Below are positions 62,423-64,000 of a stretch of 64,000 bases of DNA, piece by piece (the stretch's first letter is position 1; each line of letters starts with the position of its first letter). A program made the position numbers and the translations under genes. Below the pieces are notes generated by a model, which saw only the letters and a list, made by a program, of their open reading frames with translations, made no database searches and was not told where the DNA came from. Source of the stretch: an uncultured Elusimicrobia bacterium (GTDB taxonomy: Bacteria > Elusimicrobiota > Elusimicrobia > 2-01-FULL-59-12); NCBI GenBank assembly GCA_963702895.1, contig OY969767.1, forward strand, positions 1,824,001 to 1,888,000, written 5' to 3'.

Positions 62423-64000
62423 CGGGACAATCACCCAGTTTGTGTTGTTGCCGGAGTCCGCGCAGCCTTGGTTGTTCGTCGTGCAGTAAAGCGTCTGTCC
62501 GCCGGAGGCGTTGTTGTCCTGGACGTCCAAATAGCCGAGGCTCTGGACACCGGAGGTGGACAGAGCCAGATACGCCTGTGTGCTCGGGATGCTCGAGCGC
62601 AAGGACAGGCGTGTCGTGACCGATGACCCCTGCAGGGTGAGCGTCCCCAAGACCGTCTGCGTGGAGTTCGCCGGCAGCGTCAAGGTGTAGGGTGAGGTGG
62701 CGATCTTGACCAAGTCGAAGAACGTGGTCGAACCCGTCAAGCTCTGGTGAGTGCCGTTGAACGTCACGGAAGAGCCGCGGGCGGTGAAGGCGCCGCCGCT
62801 TGCCGCCCAATTGGAGCTGATCGTGATGCTGTAGCTGCTCGTGGTCATGTCGAGCGTCCCGGCTGAAAGGGTGAGGTTCTCTTTGATGGTGAGTCCGCCG
62901 GTCGCGCTAAAGGTACCTCCGCTCCCATTCACATGGAGATTGCGATACGTCCAGGTGGACAAGAGCGGCAGCGTCGAGGTGATGCCGTTGTAAGTGACGC
63001 TTGATCCAACAAGGTTGTTCGGAGGCGTCGAGACTCGCTCGCTGCCTTTCAAATAGAAATTACCGGCGTTGGTGAAGCTCGAGAGCGTGAGGTGATAGCC
63101 GTCGAGCGTGACCGTCGCTGTTCCGCTGTTGATGGTGAGGCTCGAGATCGTCACGTCCTGCGTGAGAATGGGCATCACGGTGGCGGTCGTCACGATGAGC
63201 GCGCTGTCGGAGGCCCCCGGACCGGAATAGCCGCAAGCCAGGCTCGGGTTCCAGTTCGAAGCGTTCGACCAGTTGTTGTTGGCGGTCCCCCGCCAGGTGT
63301 AGAGCGTTCCCGAACCCAAGCCACTATTAGCACTCCAAGTGACTTTATCGAGACCGGGATCTTCCCGTTCAGAACAGGAACCGCCGCGCGTGCCCGACCA
63401 GCCAGTGAAGTACCAGGCGAGATTCGTCTCGGTACTTGCCCAAACGTTGTAGTTGGCATAAGGCGCCGATGACCAGCTGTTCATGAAGGTCATGCCGTAG
63501 AAGGTGGCATTCGACGTCAGGCTGATGGCGGAAATATAGGTCGACGTGGAACTGCCGCCGCCCGTCCCGGCAAAATCGAACACGGAGCTCGACATCGTCA
63601 CGCCGCCCGTGCCGGAGAGCCAGAGACCCTTTTCATCCGCGCGCGTCACCGAGCTGTAGACGAGCCTAAAGGTCCCGGAAGAGACAAAGGTGTAGAAGGT
63701 GGAGGAGCTGTCCAGCCAATCGATGATCGTGGGGGCGGTGGACACGCCGACGGCGCTAAACCCGGCGCCGGGGGCGACCCGCAGGCGCGAACGTCCGGTG
63801 TTGCCGTTCCAGGTGGAGCTGGCCGACGCCGCCTTCCCGAACCGGAGCTGCTTTTGGAACTCGGTGTCTTGGGACGCCGCCATCAAAACAAAATCCGCGC
63901 TGTCGCCTGAGGCCGGGGTGGTGTAGGTGATCTTGAGCATGAATTGGGTGGGGCCGGAGCTGGGGAAGGGCTTCGAGACATCCGACGTGTTGTAAGCGCC
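59402..64000 (-). CDS. Giant surface protein, upstream part (5' end lies beyond the window)
   Basis: Same modules as the downstream part; frame open to base 64000; homology switches frame at 59401. Confidence 0.85.

Overview
GC-rich bacterial window from a diderm organism. The gene repertoire resembles Elusimicrobiota, but this is an inference. From left to right: (1) housekeeping genes, polyamine synthesis (Orn/Lys/Arg decarboxylase, carboxy(nor)spermidine dehydrogenase and decarboxylase) and cobalamin uptake (riboswitch-led btuB, divergent BtuM-like S-component). (2) A tightly coupled minus-strand operon encoding a PorV/PorP-like outer-membrane barrel, a TPR-LysM protein, a natural FliF(RBM3)-TM-FliG(M/C) fusion, MotA, two different MotB proteins and a sensor kinase, with no other flagellar genes in the window. 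This is the best candidate for an undescribed rotary-motor system, possibly linked to T9SS-like secretion. (3) Two secreted proteins carrying a gliding-motility/type-B-CTD-like C-terminal domain. (4) A 7.5 kb stack of six toxin-antitoxin pairs plus an aspartic protease, all antisense to the flanking genes and interleaved with degenerate copies of the flanking genes' ends and with 7-, 8- and 21-nt repeats. (5) A giant surface protein of more than 10,000 aa that runs off the window. It has five 14-repeat beta-propeller-like blocks, G8-like and beta-helix modules, and one 1-nt frameshift at about 59401. The simple repeats also appear in-frame inside coding sequences.
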